Shown here piece by piece: positions 26,891-39,522 of a DNA stretch of 64,000 nucleotides (the first letter of the stretch is position 1; the number at the start of each line of letters is the position of its first letter). The notes under the pieces are model-generated. The model worked only from the letters and a program-made list of their open reading frames with translations, did no database searches and was not told where the DNA came from. Position numbers and translations under genes: made by a program. The stretch is taken from assembly GCF_004010195.1 (NCBI RefSeq), contig NC_057740.1, forward strand, positions 14,155,771-14,219,770, in the 5' to 3' direction. This DNA comes from Chiloscyllium plagiosum. Its lineage: Eukaryota.

Positions 26891-27041
26891 GTTTCAACAA
26901 TTAATGAATGAGTTGAATAATAGCTCAGTTCAGGCAATGCGGCAGCAGAGGAATTTATTGCTGTAATTCTTGAGAAAAGTCTCCCCTCTATCTGAGTCAT
27001 ACATTGACAACATAACCAGTCACCAGAAAATGATCACTAAC

Positions 27042-27220
27042 CTTCAGATATGGTTCATTTGCCTCAGGCAGTATCCGGTTGTTCCGAAACCACTGGTACT
27101 TTGGTGGAGGTTCACCAATGGCGTAACATGGAAGAACCATGGTATCCCCTTCCTTCAGGGTCAGGGAGCTGGGCTGCACCATAATGTGCACCCTGCTCAA
27201 AGACAAGCAAACTCCACCTG
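27042..27220 (-). CDS. Paracaspase coding exon 5 (Ig2 N-half)
   Basis: GGVCLSLSRVHIMVQPSSLTLKEGDTMVLPCYAIGEPPPKYQWFRNNRILPEANEPYLK; donor AAG|gttagt. Acceptor ambiguous: exon starts at 27232, 27220 or 27217 are all in frame; 27220 gives 179 nt. Confidence 0.9.
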
Positions 27221-27891
27221 CTGCAGGAAAAGCTAAAGAAAGATTCCATTGTGAAGGGAGATGACAGATTAACTGTGCTCAATCTCTCCTAAATCAGACA
27301 TCAGACAATGTTGCTGAGCTAGCAGGGAGAAGCACCGCTCACTTTGTTACTCAGCCACACATGTCAGAAGGCTCTGGGCTGGATACCTCATCCGTTTTGT
27401 GTTGGTTGATTTTCCCATGTTTGTGAAAGGAGCAGGGGCTGCTACAACTGGTCTCAATGCGTGAAGTGAGGGTCACTCTGCCTGCTTCTGATCACAATCA
27501 GAACCCTGTGGTCACTGGCTGAGAACCCTGTCGTCACTGGCTGTACTGGTCAGCCAGTGTACTGGTCAGAACCCTGTGGTCACTGGCTGAGAAAGGTGTG
27601 AATGCTGACCAGACTGTTGGTTTCATGTGGGGTATGATCTCTCTTCCAAAACGCCCTAATCCCAAACATTTTATATGATTTAGCAGGATATCTAATCAAG
27701 TCCGATCCCAGTCTCACCCGAAGCTCATTAAAAGGATCCTTCCATTCACTAGTGATAATTCTCATTCACTTTGATGTCCTTAAGTCCAGGTACTGCACGC
27801 CAATGGTAGTATCTAACTCGGAGCAGTCTTGTTCTTGCTACCCACTGAGAAGAACAAAGGTGCCTTCTAGAACTGATGAACCATTGATTAA

Positions 27892-28084
27892 GGAGAAAGT
27901 GAGGTCTGCAGATGCTGGAGATCAGAGCTGGAAATGTGTTGCTGGAAAAGCGCAGCAGGTCAGGCAGCATCCAGGGAACAGGAGAATCGATGTTTCCTGA
28001 AGAAGGGCTTATGCCCGAAACGTCGATTCTCCTGTTCCCTGGATGCTGCCTGACCTGCTGCACTTTTCCAGCAACACATTTCCA
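27892..28084. mobile_element. Family-A PLE-terminus fold-back insertion
   Basis: TSD GAACCATTGATTAA at 27878-27891 and 28085-28098. Confidence 0.88.
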
Positions 28085-28159
28085 GAACCATTGATTAATA
28101 CTGATCTAACACCTAATTTCATTTGGCTTGAACAGACATTTAGAAAGTGACAGCTGTGT

Positions 28160-30100
28160 ACATACATAGGCATGGGAACAGGAAAACAGTAGCAGGCCAT
28201 TCAGCCCTTTTCAGCCTGCTCTGTTATTTATGCAATCACAGCCAATCACCCACTTCAACGTCTTTTTGTTACACCATCTCCATATCCTTTTATGTCATTG
28301 ATAATAAGATATCTATCAATCTCTACCTGAAACTTTACTCTGTGACTGAGTTTCCACAGACCTCTTTGATAAAGAATTCCAAAATTCACAATTTCTGAGT
28401 TAAAAAAAAGGTTGCATCTTGGTTTAAGTGGCTTCCCAATTATTTTGAAAATATTCTCTCATCTACACTTTCCAACCAAGGTAAACATCTGATGTTTACC
28501 TGTCCTTTTAAGTATTTTTAGGTTTTGATGAGATCATGCCTCATTCTTCCAAAATCTAGAGAATGTAGGCCTGGTTTGCCTAATTTCACTTCATGGGACA
28601 GTCCTACCATCATGGGAAGAAATCTGGTGAAGCTTCCTTGTACTCCCTCAATGCCAATATTATCTTTTTCATGGCAAGGGGACCAAAATTGTATACAGTC
28701 CTTCAGGTATGGTCTAGCCAAGGTTCTATGCAATTGAAGCAAGCCTTTGCTATTTTTGTACTCAAATCATACATGATAAGCGCTCTTATATATATATTGC
28801 TTGGGCCCCAAGGACTAATCTTTGTGGTCCTCTGGTAGTCACAGCCTGCCAATGTGAAAATGACCTGCTATTCCTGTTTTCTGTTTGTCAGCCAATCCTT
28901 AATTTATACCAGTACATTACTTCTTATCTCACGTATTTTAATTTTGCCAACTAACTTCCTGTGGGGGATTTTATCAAAAGCTTTTTGTAAAATCCAAGAA
29001 TACAATGTTCACCAACTCCACTTTATCAATTCTATTAGTCACTTCCTGAAAAAAACCCCAACACATTTGTCAAATGTGATTCCCCATTCATAAATCCATA
29101 TTGATTGTGACTAATATAATTATTATTATCCAAGTTTTCATTTATTACATTCTTTATAAAAGATCAACAAATTATCTACTACTGATGTAAGGCGAACAGG
29201 TCTGCAGTTCCTTGTTTTTCCTCTCCGTCCCTTCTTAAATAGTAAGTTGACATTTATCATATTCTAATCTGCAGGAAACCATTTGGTCACCAATGCAGCC
29301 ATTATCATATTCGTTACCTCTTACAACATTCTGGGATGTAGAATACCATTTTGTGGGGAATATCAACCTTCAGTCTCACGAATATTTGCAATAATTTCTT
29401 GCTAACACTAATCTCTTTCAATTCCTCATTGTCCCGAGTAAGATCACTAATTCTGGGAGATTTCTTTTAACGTCCTCAGTGAAGCCAGACACAAAGTAAC
29501 CATTTAACTCCTCTGCCATTTCCGTGTTCTACATTATGAATTCTCCTAAGTCTGTCTGTAATGGACACACATTTGTCTTAGCCATACATTTCTTTATTTT
29601 GTATCTATAGAAGGTACAGTCTATTTTTATGATTTTTGCTAATTTATATTCATATACTATTCTCTATTACTTTATCAGTTTCTTGATCCTCTTTGGCCAT
29701 ACTCTGGAATACTCCCTATCCTCAGGTTTACTACTATTTCTTGGAACTTTATAGGCCTTTCATTTTAAACTTATACAATCCTCAACCTTCTTTGTTAGCC
29801 ACACTTATCTGGCTTTTTCGGGTTTTGATGCCTTGAAGAAATATATAGTTACTATAAAATGTAATAATCTTTACAGAATACACATTGCCTATTGCATACC
29901 CTTTAATGTGTTTTTCCAAGTCACCTCAGCCAATTTGTTTTTATTACCTTCATCTTATGTTATGTTCAAAATCAGCACACTGGTTTCAGATTGATCTACC
30001 TCACTTTCAAACTTAAGTGTAAAATTCTATCAATTTTGGTAACTCATTCCAAAAGGCTGTTTTACAACAATATTATTACTTTACCCTTTTTTATTAAATA
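28160..30100 (-). mobile_element. Decayed CR1 LINE (continues at ~31850-32140)
   Basis: ORF 28518-28742 LQLHRTLARPYLKDCIQFWSP; minus-strand LDFTKAFDK-like and RPVRLTSV motifs. Confidence 0.8.
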
Positions 30101-30109
30101 ATACTAGAT

Positions 30110-31850
30110 GTTTGGGAGTTTGGAGATTTGTAGCTCAGGTCATGGATCAGGCTGAGCTGGTGGGTTTGTTGTCAGAGGTTTCATCACCATGCTAAGTAAC
30201 GTCATCAGTGAGCCGCCAGTGAAGTGTTAGGTATTCTGTCCCACTTGATATTTATCTGTCTCAGGTTGTTGTGGTGGGTGATATTATTTCCGGTTCTGTT
30301 TCTGAGAGGTTGGTAAATGGGGTCCAAATCAATATGTTTGTTAATGGAGTTCCAGTTTGAATGCCAGGCCTCTAGGAATTCCCGTGTATGTTTTTGTTTA
30401 GCCTGTCCCAGGATGGATGTATGTCCCAGTCAAACTGATGTCCCTCTTTGTCTGTGTGTATGGATACCAGTGATAGTTGGTCATGTCTTTTTGTGGCTAG
30501 TTGGTGCTCATGTATCCTGGTGACCAGCTTCCTGCCCATTTGCCCAATTTAATGTTTGTTGCAGTCATTGCAGGGTATTTTGAATATTTGTTCATTTTGC
30601 TCATTGTTGGTACGGGGTCCTTTAAATTCATCAGGTGCTGTTTCAGTGCGGTGGTAGGTTGTGGGCTACCATGATACCTAGGGGCTGGAGTAGTCTGGTC
30701 ATCATCTCTGAGATATCTTTGATGTATGGGGGTGGCCCGAGTCTCTGGGCGCGTTGTGTCTTCCTGTTAGGTTTGTTGTGCAGGAATCAGTGGACTGCGC
30801 TTATTGGGTACTCGTTGTTCTTGAATACATTGTATAGATGGTTTTCTTCGGCTTCTCGTAGTTCCTGGGTGCTGCAGTGTGTTGTGGCTCATTTAAATAA
30901 TGTCCTGATGCAGCTCTGTTCATGGGAGTTGGGATGGATGCTCCTGTAGTTGAGTATCTGGTCAGTGTGTCTGGCTTTCCTGTAAACGCTGATGTGCAGC
31001 ACTCCATTGGCTTTGTGCTCTACCGTGATGTCTAGGAAGGGGAGTCTGATGTTGTTCTCTTCCACTTTGGTGAACTTTATACCGATAGGGATGTTGTTTA
31101 TGTGTTTGTGGGTTTCTTCTAATTGCATTTTGTGATGACAAAGGTGTCATCCAAATTCCGGACCCAAAACTTGGGCTGGATCGTGGGAAGGGCTGTTCAT
31201 TCTAACCTCTGCATAACTGCTTCTGCTAAAAGTCCTGGTATTGGTGATCCCATAGGAACCATTGATTTGTTTGTAGATCTTGTTGTTGGAGGTAAAGTGG
31301 GTTGTGAGGCACAGGTCTAAATAGTTTGAGGATGCTGTCCTTGCTGATGGAATTGGTGCTGTCAGGTTTGTGTCCTTGGTTCGTTTAGCAGTGAAGCCAG
31401 TCTTTCTTTGGCTCGGGTAATGTTTATTGATGTGAATAAGGCAGTCACATTGAAGAAAACCATGATCTCATCGTCCTCTACCTTGGTGTCTTTGATGATG
31501 TTCGGGAATTCCTGGGTCAAGTGGATGGAATGGATTGCGTCTTCTACTAGGTGTTTCAGTTTGTGTTGCAGTTCCTTTGCTAGTCTGTATGTTGGTGTGC
31601 CAGGAATTGAGACTATGGGTCTGAGGGGGGGGGCGGGGGCCTTGTTTACGTACCTTTGGTAATCTGTATAAATGGGGCATAAATCTGTATAAAAATTGGA
31701 TACTTCAGGTTTCATTGTTTGGAGGTCTGTCTTGTTCATTTCACCAGCTTTGTGTAGTTTCCTCAGGGTTTGCTGCAATGCCGTTTTCTAGCTATGGAGT
31801 CAAGTCCATCGCCACCTGTTTTACTTTTTGTCTGTCTTTCCTAAACATTG
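30110..31850 (-). mobile_element. Poseidon-type PLE with RT remnants, nested in CR1
   Basis: LRPIVSIPGTPTYRLAKEL, FNVTALFTSI, PMGSPI, FTKVEENNIRLPFLDI, VYRKARHTDQIL. Confidence 0.9.
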
Positions 31851-32815
31851 AATTTTCCATTCCCAGTCTTGGTCAGCCTGCAACCATGTTTCCATAATGG
31901 CAACTGTACCTACTTGTTTACCACTGTTTGTGCCTTTAAATCCTCTATCTTGTTAGGAATGTTGCATGCAGCCAGAGTGCCCATAATTTTATCATTTTGA
32001 CATTATTGCACATTCAAGCTTAATTGAATATTGCCTTCATTTTCCTACTTTCTAATTGTATTTGCCACTTTTCTACTCTCTATTACCAGTTTTACTTCTA
32101 TCTAATTTCAATGAGCCCTCGGGTTCCTATCCCCTGTCAAAGTACCTTAGAATCCCTTTGGAAACTCTTAGGAACAAACTTCAATGATAAGATATATCAA
32201 GCAACCATGTGTTGGAAAGAGTGGATTTCAAGTTTAAAGAAGCAGGTAGCAACTCTGATGGAAAATGACAGCATCTAGATACAGGATATGGAAAAGAGGA
32301 AGGAACCAGCAGAGCTAAGAATAGCAAGCAGCTATCACAGGTGGTGTAGTCACTTCACGGTTTCTTAAAGGGAGAACGATCTTTTACTCTTACTGAAATC
32401 AACTAAATCAGCAACAGGCAGGCACCAAAACTAGGAACCTCCATGCACCACATCAGGTACAACATTTACCCAATGAGAAAAACTTTCTCTCTGTTTGCAC
32501 ATCATTGTAGGGGGGAAATCACAATATTTTCACCGCATTGTGCACAATTCCAGTTCAACTTGAAACGAATCTGACAATCAATGCGTAAATCCCGGGCATG
32601 ATTTAATGCCTAAAACCAATCACACTTTTGCTTTCCACCATCTTTTACAGAGGTTCGATATTTAAATTTGATCAAAATAGGCCTTGTGCATAAAGTTGGC
32701 CATGGCTGGTCAACATTGTGAGATTGCAACAATTGTGCTAGTTTGGAAAGGCTCTTCAAATTGAGTTTGCTTACTTGAGAGACAGACATGGCAAGTACAT
32801 TTGAAAGCGTTTTCT

Positions 32816-34444
32816 CATAGACGGCCCCTCATTAAGCTAAAGAAGCTACAGCTTCCACAGGCAAGGGGAGGATTGGACTTCCCAGATTTTAGGAAATATT
32901 AGTTAAGTTTCCTATTAAGTAACATAGCTGATTGGGTCTTGTCTGATCCGCAATCAATCTGGCTGGACATTGAGGCTTCTCAAGTAAAATGCCCACTTTT
33001 TAACCTTTTATTTTCAGACAAGAGGAAAATCATTACGGATCACTGTAAAAACCCTATAATACTAAACAAAATTAAAGCTTGGAATATAATGAGGCAAAAT
33101 GAGGGCAACTCACATAAAACATCCCTCTATGCGCCGATAGTGGGAGCATGGGGATTCCAACCGGGGTTTACAGGTGCCACTTTTAAACTCCGGGGATCCA
33201 GGGGTATCTCATGTGTAGGGGATCTATTTAAAGATGGGGTCCTGATGTCTTTTGAACAGCTGCGTCAGAAATTCGGATTACCTAATGGAGACCTCTTTCG
33301 ATAATTCAAAATTCGAGATTATATACAGAAGAAGACTACGTTATTAGATAGTCTTTATAAATCAGATAGAGAATGTAGAGTACTACGACCAATGGGGGTA
33401 TCTTTCGTCAGTGCTATTTATCATTTACTACATGATGAAGTATCGGGAGATATGGACAATCTGCTTAAAACATGGGATCAGGATTTGGGACTAGAAATCT
33501 CTATAGAAACGTGGAATGACATTTGGGAAAATGCCAGAAGAATCACCATCTGTAACAGAACTTAGGCTATCCAGCTGAAGATACTTCATAGGGCCCATAT
33601 AGCACCAGATCGATTGGCAAAATTTAAGGCAGGAGCATCTCAAATGTGTCCCAAATGTAAAATAGAGGTGGGCACTTTTATACATTGCCTATCGACCTGT
33701 CATAAGATTCGTAGATACTGGACTAAAGTAGCAAGTACCCTGACAGAAATTTTAGGAGCGGAAATTAAAGTGGACCCTGTGTCTCTCCTTTTGGGTTTTT
33801 CGAACTTACCCTCCCTGGATATGCATGGGAAGAGATTATTTTCTATTCTCTCTTTCTGTGCAAGGAAAAATATTTTGGTAAACCAGGTGGCTGAGGGCCC
33901 CCCTGGACTTTCAAATTGGCACAGATTAATTATGGAATGTATTTCCCTTGACTTCCTTACAAATATGGTGCACCGAAAGACCGAATTATTTCATAAAATA
34001 TGGCAGCCCTTCTTGAATTATATGAATACAGATATTCCGGCTATCCTAACAAGGGCTTTTATTTAATTGAGATTACGAATCCGGCTGGTCCGGGGCCCCT
34101 TGGGAGAGGAATCCCGCACGAATACAGGTTTTGTTACATTTGATGTTAACACATTCCGAGCATGTATCTGACTACCCAATTTCTGTGTTATCCATTGGGT
34201 TTTTTTTTCTTTCTCTTATTTGAATAATGTAAGAGACTTAATTATATACTCTGGTTAGTTGTAGGTTAGATCAGTAGTTAATTGAGTTCTATTTTTTTTC
34301 TTTCTCAGTATTTTTCTTTTGTTAAATTTTGGTTATTATTTATTTAAGATTTGATTGTATATCAATGTTTGTACTTGAGAGTTTTGTTTATTTTTGTAAA
34401 CTTGTAAAAATGTTAAATTTCTAATAAAAATATCTATAAAAAAA
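32816..34444 (+). mobile_element. 5'-truncated L1-clade LINE
   Basis: ORF2 C-terminus with CPKCKIEVGTFIHCLSTC zinc knuckle, AATAAA and A tail, TSD GAAAGCGTTTTCT at 32803-32815 and 34445-34457. Confidence 0.92.
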
Positions 34445-35337
34445 GAAAGCGTTTTCTGTGAAATGATAATTAATGTACAACAAAACTTAATATATGTCAA
34501 TGGAATTAATTAATAAATGTTTTAGTTTAGTTTTTATTTAATTTGCCTTTACATTAAATTGCTCACAGGTAAAGAATTGGGAACACTTATTAAAATGTTT
34601 ATTTTTGGTGATAAACCAATTTTCAGTTGTCTAAATAAAATGGTCTCAAGTTTCAATAGATAAATGCATCAAGACCTTCTAAGTAATGGAAAAAAATTAC
34701 CGTCTTTAATGCTGCCTGATGGAAGATTTAACTTTTGATTATGGAAAAGAATTTTAATGGAAATGAAAATGGAACCTAGCCAGAAAAATTTCAAGTATAT
34801 TTTTGATACATTGGGTGGAATCTTTTGTTTTCATCAGGTGTCTTGTTTGCTTGCTCAAAAGGTAGTGAGACACCTGACCTGATTTTTCAGAGAAAGCCCC
34901 AATGTATCTTCCTCCAAATGGGCACTTTTGACGGCAGTTGTGGACCTCTCTCCAAAATCACATCCCCGGGGCAGGAAATCCTGCCAATGAGAGGCTGGTA
35001 CCTCTTGTACTTGGCAGCACATTTGAGAAGGCCATGGCTGTTACGGGAGGTCAGCCAACATCATGAAGACCAAGAGGTCGGGCAAGTGTCTTTTTAGGAG
35101 GATTGTGTTTCAGGGATTGGGGATTGTGGAGAGAGGAGCAGAGAAGTTGGAAGCAAGGGAAAAGGTGGCTCACAGTGGCCACATAGTGATTTGTATCCAC
35201 TCCCCTCAACTATGCACAAATTAGTGCAGACTGAAGGAAATGCCACTCCACCAATTAGCAGCCTGCCTGCACTGGTTTACCAGTCATGGGGGCCAACTCT
35301 TTATCGTCTCAACTGGAACTGGGGTAATTGAAACCCT

Positions 35338-35550
35338 CGAGGAGAAGGTGAGGGCTGCAGATGCTGGAGATCAGAGCTGAAAATGTGTTGCTTGAAAAGC
35401 GCAGCAGGTCAGGCAGCATCCAAGGAACAGGAGAATCGACGTTTCGGGCATAAGGACGTTTCCTGAAGAAGGGCTTATGCCCAAAACGTCGATTCTCCTG
35501 TTCCTTGGATGCTGCCTGACCTGCTGCGCTTTTCCAGCAACACATTTTCA
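35338..35550. mobile_element. Family-A PLE-terminus fold-back insertion
   Basis: TSD GTAATTGAAACCCT at 35324-35337 and 35551-35564. Confidence 0.88.
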
Positions 35551-35787
35551 GTAATTGAAACCCTGGCAGGATTAGGAACTTAACTAATCCTTAAGTGGTC
35601 ATTATTAGATCACCCAAGGGCGTCAACTGGCGATGGGCAAGAAGGTTGACCTTGGGCTTTCCTAATCAGAACATGATTTGGGCAGAGGGATTCTGGGATG
35701 CTATCAGACTTGCTGCCTTTCGGACTGGAAGATTCCACACAATTTCCCCATTGTGGAAACTCTGCCCCCAGAAAATTTTGAACCTAC

Positions 35788-35932
35788 CTGTTGTTGGACT
35801 GCTGGCAACTCGGATTTGGACCCATTTGGAATATGAATACTGGGTTCCACAGTGAACCCTACAGACATACCAGTCATTATCATCAAGGTCAACACAGTTA
35901 AAGAGAAGCTTTGAGGAGTTTCCACCCTTGAC
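35788..35932 (-). CDS. Paracaspase coding exon 4 (Ig1 C-half)
   Basis: gtctag|VKGGNSSKLLFNCVDLDDNDWYVCRVHCGTQYSYSKWVQIRVASSPTT, G|gtaggt; Ig F-strand YxC motif; 145 nt. Confidence 0.92.
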
Positions 35933-36159
35933 CTAGACAAAACAATTAAAATTTGGAATGATATTGAATTTTGTAACAATTAATATGACAGCTGAGTGCA
36001 AGAAGAGAAATATGAGAATAGTCATCTACTGATTGATCCTATTCCTCCCATAGCCTTGATGTAATCCACCACATCACAGATGCTATCCCCACCATTTAAC
36101 GTCCTCACCATGCCCCATACTTGACTTGTGCATAATGTCTTTTATCTTATCCACTGCCC

Positions 36160-37060
36160 ATATACAACAAAAGTTTGCATTTATTATCTCAAGTATAAAA
36201 AAAACCTAATGAACTGCACATCACAAAATAAAATATGGCACCAAACTACATGAGGAGATACAAGGGCAGAAGGCTAATTAATTAAACAGGTAACTTTTAA
36301 GGAGGGCTTTGAAGGATGAAAGTGAGATAGAGAGATGCAGAAATTGAAATGGGGGTTTTATAAATGATGCCAATCAATGCTCCTTCTGATTATTTTCCTG
36401 TGTGCTGACCTCTGAGATCAAAAAAGCCATTTCATCAGCATGCATGGGACATCCAAGTAACAGTGGTCGCACAGCTCAGAAGGATCACTGGTGCTGATGG
36501 AAGCTCATCTTGATATCAGATGTATCATACATGCAAACAGTCTAATTTAGTCTCAGACAGTCACCAGGATGAGAGGAGGAGTCATTGGCGAGCGAATTGG
36601 TGGCAGCAAGAACCAAAGAAATGCCTTCAGTCTTCACAATATTTAATCAGAGGAAATCCCTATTTATCCAGCACAGATAAGCAATCTGACAATTTAGAGA
36701 TAGTGGAGGTGGAGAGGTAGAATTGGATCTCATACATGTATATATGGAAATTAAGGCTGCGTCTTTGAACAATGTTGCTAGCAGCACGTAAATGAAAAAT
36801 TGGACTGAGCCAAAGTTAGAGAGTGGGAACAGAAGTCAGTGCAGGTGATTTCCTGGATTCAATTCGATAAGAATGGAATTTAGTGAGTACATTCCCAGCT
36901 GGATGCCAGTAGAGAAGCATTGGAAATGATGGTGTGATCAGTTATGTTAAAGGCCGCACACATGTTAAGGAGAGGCTTGGGCTATTTGCCAGTCCCACTT
37001 TTGTGATCTTGTGATCTTCAATGATGTTGCAAGCCAGAAACCTGATGGAGGTACTGAAAC
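36160..37060 (-). mobile_element. Decayed L2-like LINE
   Basis: Reverse-strand L2-type 3' end and RT remnants. Confidence 0.5.
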
Positions 37061-37159
37061 ATAAACCACATCACCATGGACTTTACCTCACCCATATCAC
37101 ATCGGACCAATCTCTTTTTATTGCTTGTAGAATAAAGGCCAATGTCTCATAATAATCTC

Positions 37160-38627
37160 AAAGTTAAAAATCACACCACACCAGGTTATAGTCCAACAAG
37201 TTTATTTGGAAGCATTAGCTTTCGGTGCACTGCTCCTTCATCAAGTAGTTGTGGAGCAGCATAAGACACAGAATTTATAGCAAAAAGTTACAGTGTCATG
37301 TGGCTGAAATGATATATTGAACAAACCATATATTGTTGTTAAGTCTTTCATCTTTTAGAATGGGTTGCAGGTTTCGGTTCATTAATATGTAAATCCAAGA
37401 ACTTCATTTAAGTCACATTCTCAAAATAACTTAAGGTTTTATAAAAAAAGTGACATCTTAGCTCAGACAATGCATTAAAGGTGTGAGGTTAGAGTCTGTC
37501 TGTATCCCAAGCTTGCACACACACAAACACATACTCTCTCATGTACACTCACACTCACAGGCACACAGACTCTCTCTCTCTCTCTCTCTCTCATGTAAGC
37601 ACACACACATATAAGTCTATGGGGTGAATTTGTACTTGCAGAATTATATTTGCAGATACATTCTATTTTGCTCAAACATTGCACAATCTGCAAGCAGTCA
37701 ATACATATAATATTTTGTAAATTCCACTTTGGAAATAGAACCAGTCTGACTCAAGATTGGGATACAGACAGACTCTAACCTCACACCTTTAATGCACTAT
37801 CTGAGCTAAGATGTCACTTTTCTTTTATAAAACCTTAGGTTATGGATGTAGGTTTGCTCACTGAGCTGGAAGGTTCATTTCTAGATGTTTCGCCACCCTA
37901 CTAGGTAACATGTTCAGTGGGCCTCAGGACACCACTTTGACTGGGACAACACATCCATCCTAGGACAAGCCAAACAAAGACATGCACGAGAATTCCTAGA
38001 AGCATGGCATTCCAACCGGAACTCTGTCAACAAACACATTGAGTTAGACCTCATCTACCACCCCTGAGAAAAAGAACAGGAAGTGATTTCACCACAGGAA
38101 ATGACATCACCACAGGAAATTACATCACCAACCCAAAGAAACACAAACATATAAATAGAAAGCAGGAATTATCAGCAGTGCTTCGTCTGAGGCCCACTGA
38201 AGATGTTACTTAGTAGGGTGTTGAAACGTCTGGAAATGAACCTTCCAGCTCAGCAAGCAAACCTATATCCAGAACCTCAACCTGAGCTACAAATCTTCTC
38301 AAAACTCGCTAAGACCTTAGGTTATCTTGAGAATGTTACTTAAAATAAATTCTGGGATTTACATATTAATGAATTGAAACCTGCAACCCATTCTAAAAGA
38401 TGAAAGACCTAACAACAATCTGTGGTTTGTTCGATATATCATTTTAGTTGCATGACACCGTAATCTTTTACTACAAGTTCTGTGTCTTATGGTGCTGCTT
38501 CACAACCACCTGATGAAGGAGCAGCGCTCTGAAAGCTAGTGATTCCAAATAAACCTGTTGGACTGTAACATGGTGTTGTGTGATTTTTAACTTTGTCCAC
38601 CCCAGTCCAACACCGGCACCTCCACAT
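37160..38627. mobile_element. Family-B PLE with long inverted arms, with a nested Poseidon-type piece (~37844-38313)
   Basis: Outer TSD TCATAATAATC(T/A)CAA; inner TSD ACCTTAGGTTAT; CA/CT microsatellite at ~37515-37610. Confidence 0.85.
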
Positions 38628-38819
38628 CATAATAATCACAAGTGATTATCTTCAGCTGAACCTTTACAAGTCTAGAATTTTTAAAAATAAGATATATCTC
38701 TGTCCCGTAGGTTATTAAAAGGATCTTGCATATTCCAAACAATATGAAAGACTTACTTTGGCAGAATGTCCTGTGAGTTTCTACATTGAATAAAAGATGG
38801 CTGAGATTATCACTCTTAC

Positions 38820-38977
38820 CTCATGCTTTCCTCGAAACCATTGATAGCCAAGACCTGGAGGCCCGATAGCTTGGCAGCAGAGAGAAACCCTGTCTCCTAC
38901 AATAGCACTTTGCTGTTTGGGCTGTACGATGATTTGAAGAGTGTCCGGGGTTGTGGTAAGGCCAGGCATCAGCAACC
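38820..38977 (-). CDS. Paracaspase coding exon 3 (Ig1 N-half)
   Basis: tttttag|GG: LLMPGLTTTPDTLQIIVQPKQQSAIVGDRVSLCCQAIGPPGLGYQWFRGKHE; donor GAG|gtaaga; 158 nt. Confidence 0.93.
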
Positions 38978-39189
38978 CTAAAAAAAAAAGAAGCAGTCCT
39001 TGCTTTCACCATATCTCACTTACTTCAATGAGCTCCGCTTAAAGCATTTCTTTAGTCAATTTAGCAGCAGCTAATTCAGTTTGGATTAATCCATAAATTC
39101 TGCCTCTGCTTTCCTGGCTGACAAATTATTCCAAATATTTCTCATTCTTTGGCTGGCAGATCTATACCAAAGTGTATATATTGTTGAGT

Positions 39190-39522
39190 TGTTGAGATTT
39201 CACCAGTGTCCTCATTTCCCCTTCCACCACGTCATCCCAGTCCTAAGCCTCCAACTCAGCACCGCCCTCTTTACCTGCCCATCTTCTTTCCAATCTATCT
39301 CCTCTACCCTCCTCTCCGACCTATCACCTTCTCCCCGACTTTCATCCACCAACTGCATTCTCAGCTACCTTTCCTCCAGCCACATCCCCCTTCCATTTAT
39401 CTCTCAGCACCCTGGCCCTACAAGCCTCATACCTAATGAACAGCTTATGCCCAAAACGTCGATTCTCCTGCTCCTCGGGTGCTGCCTGACCTGCTATGCT
39501 TTTTCAGCACCACACTCTTGAC
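39190..39522 (+). mobile_element. Neptune-type PLE 3' terminus
   Basis: C/T-rich UTR and degenerate core CTAATGA..GCCCAAAACGTC. Confidence 0.75.

Noticed and set aside
27497-27592. Short 22-bp direct repeats (GAACCCTGTGGTCACTGGCTGA)
   Set aside because: Three imperfect copies, consistent with local slippage; no further signal.
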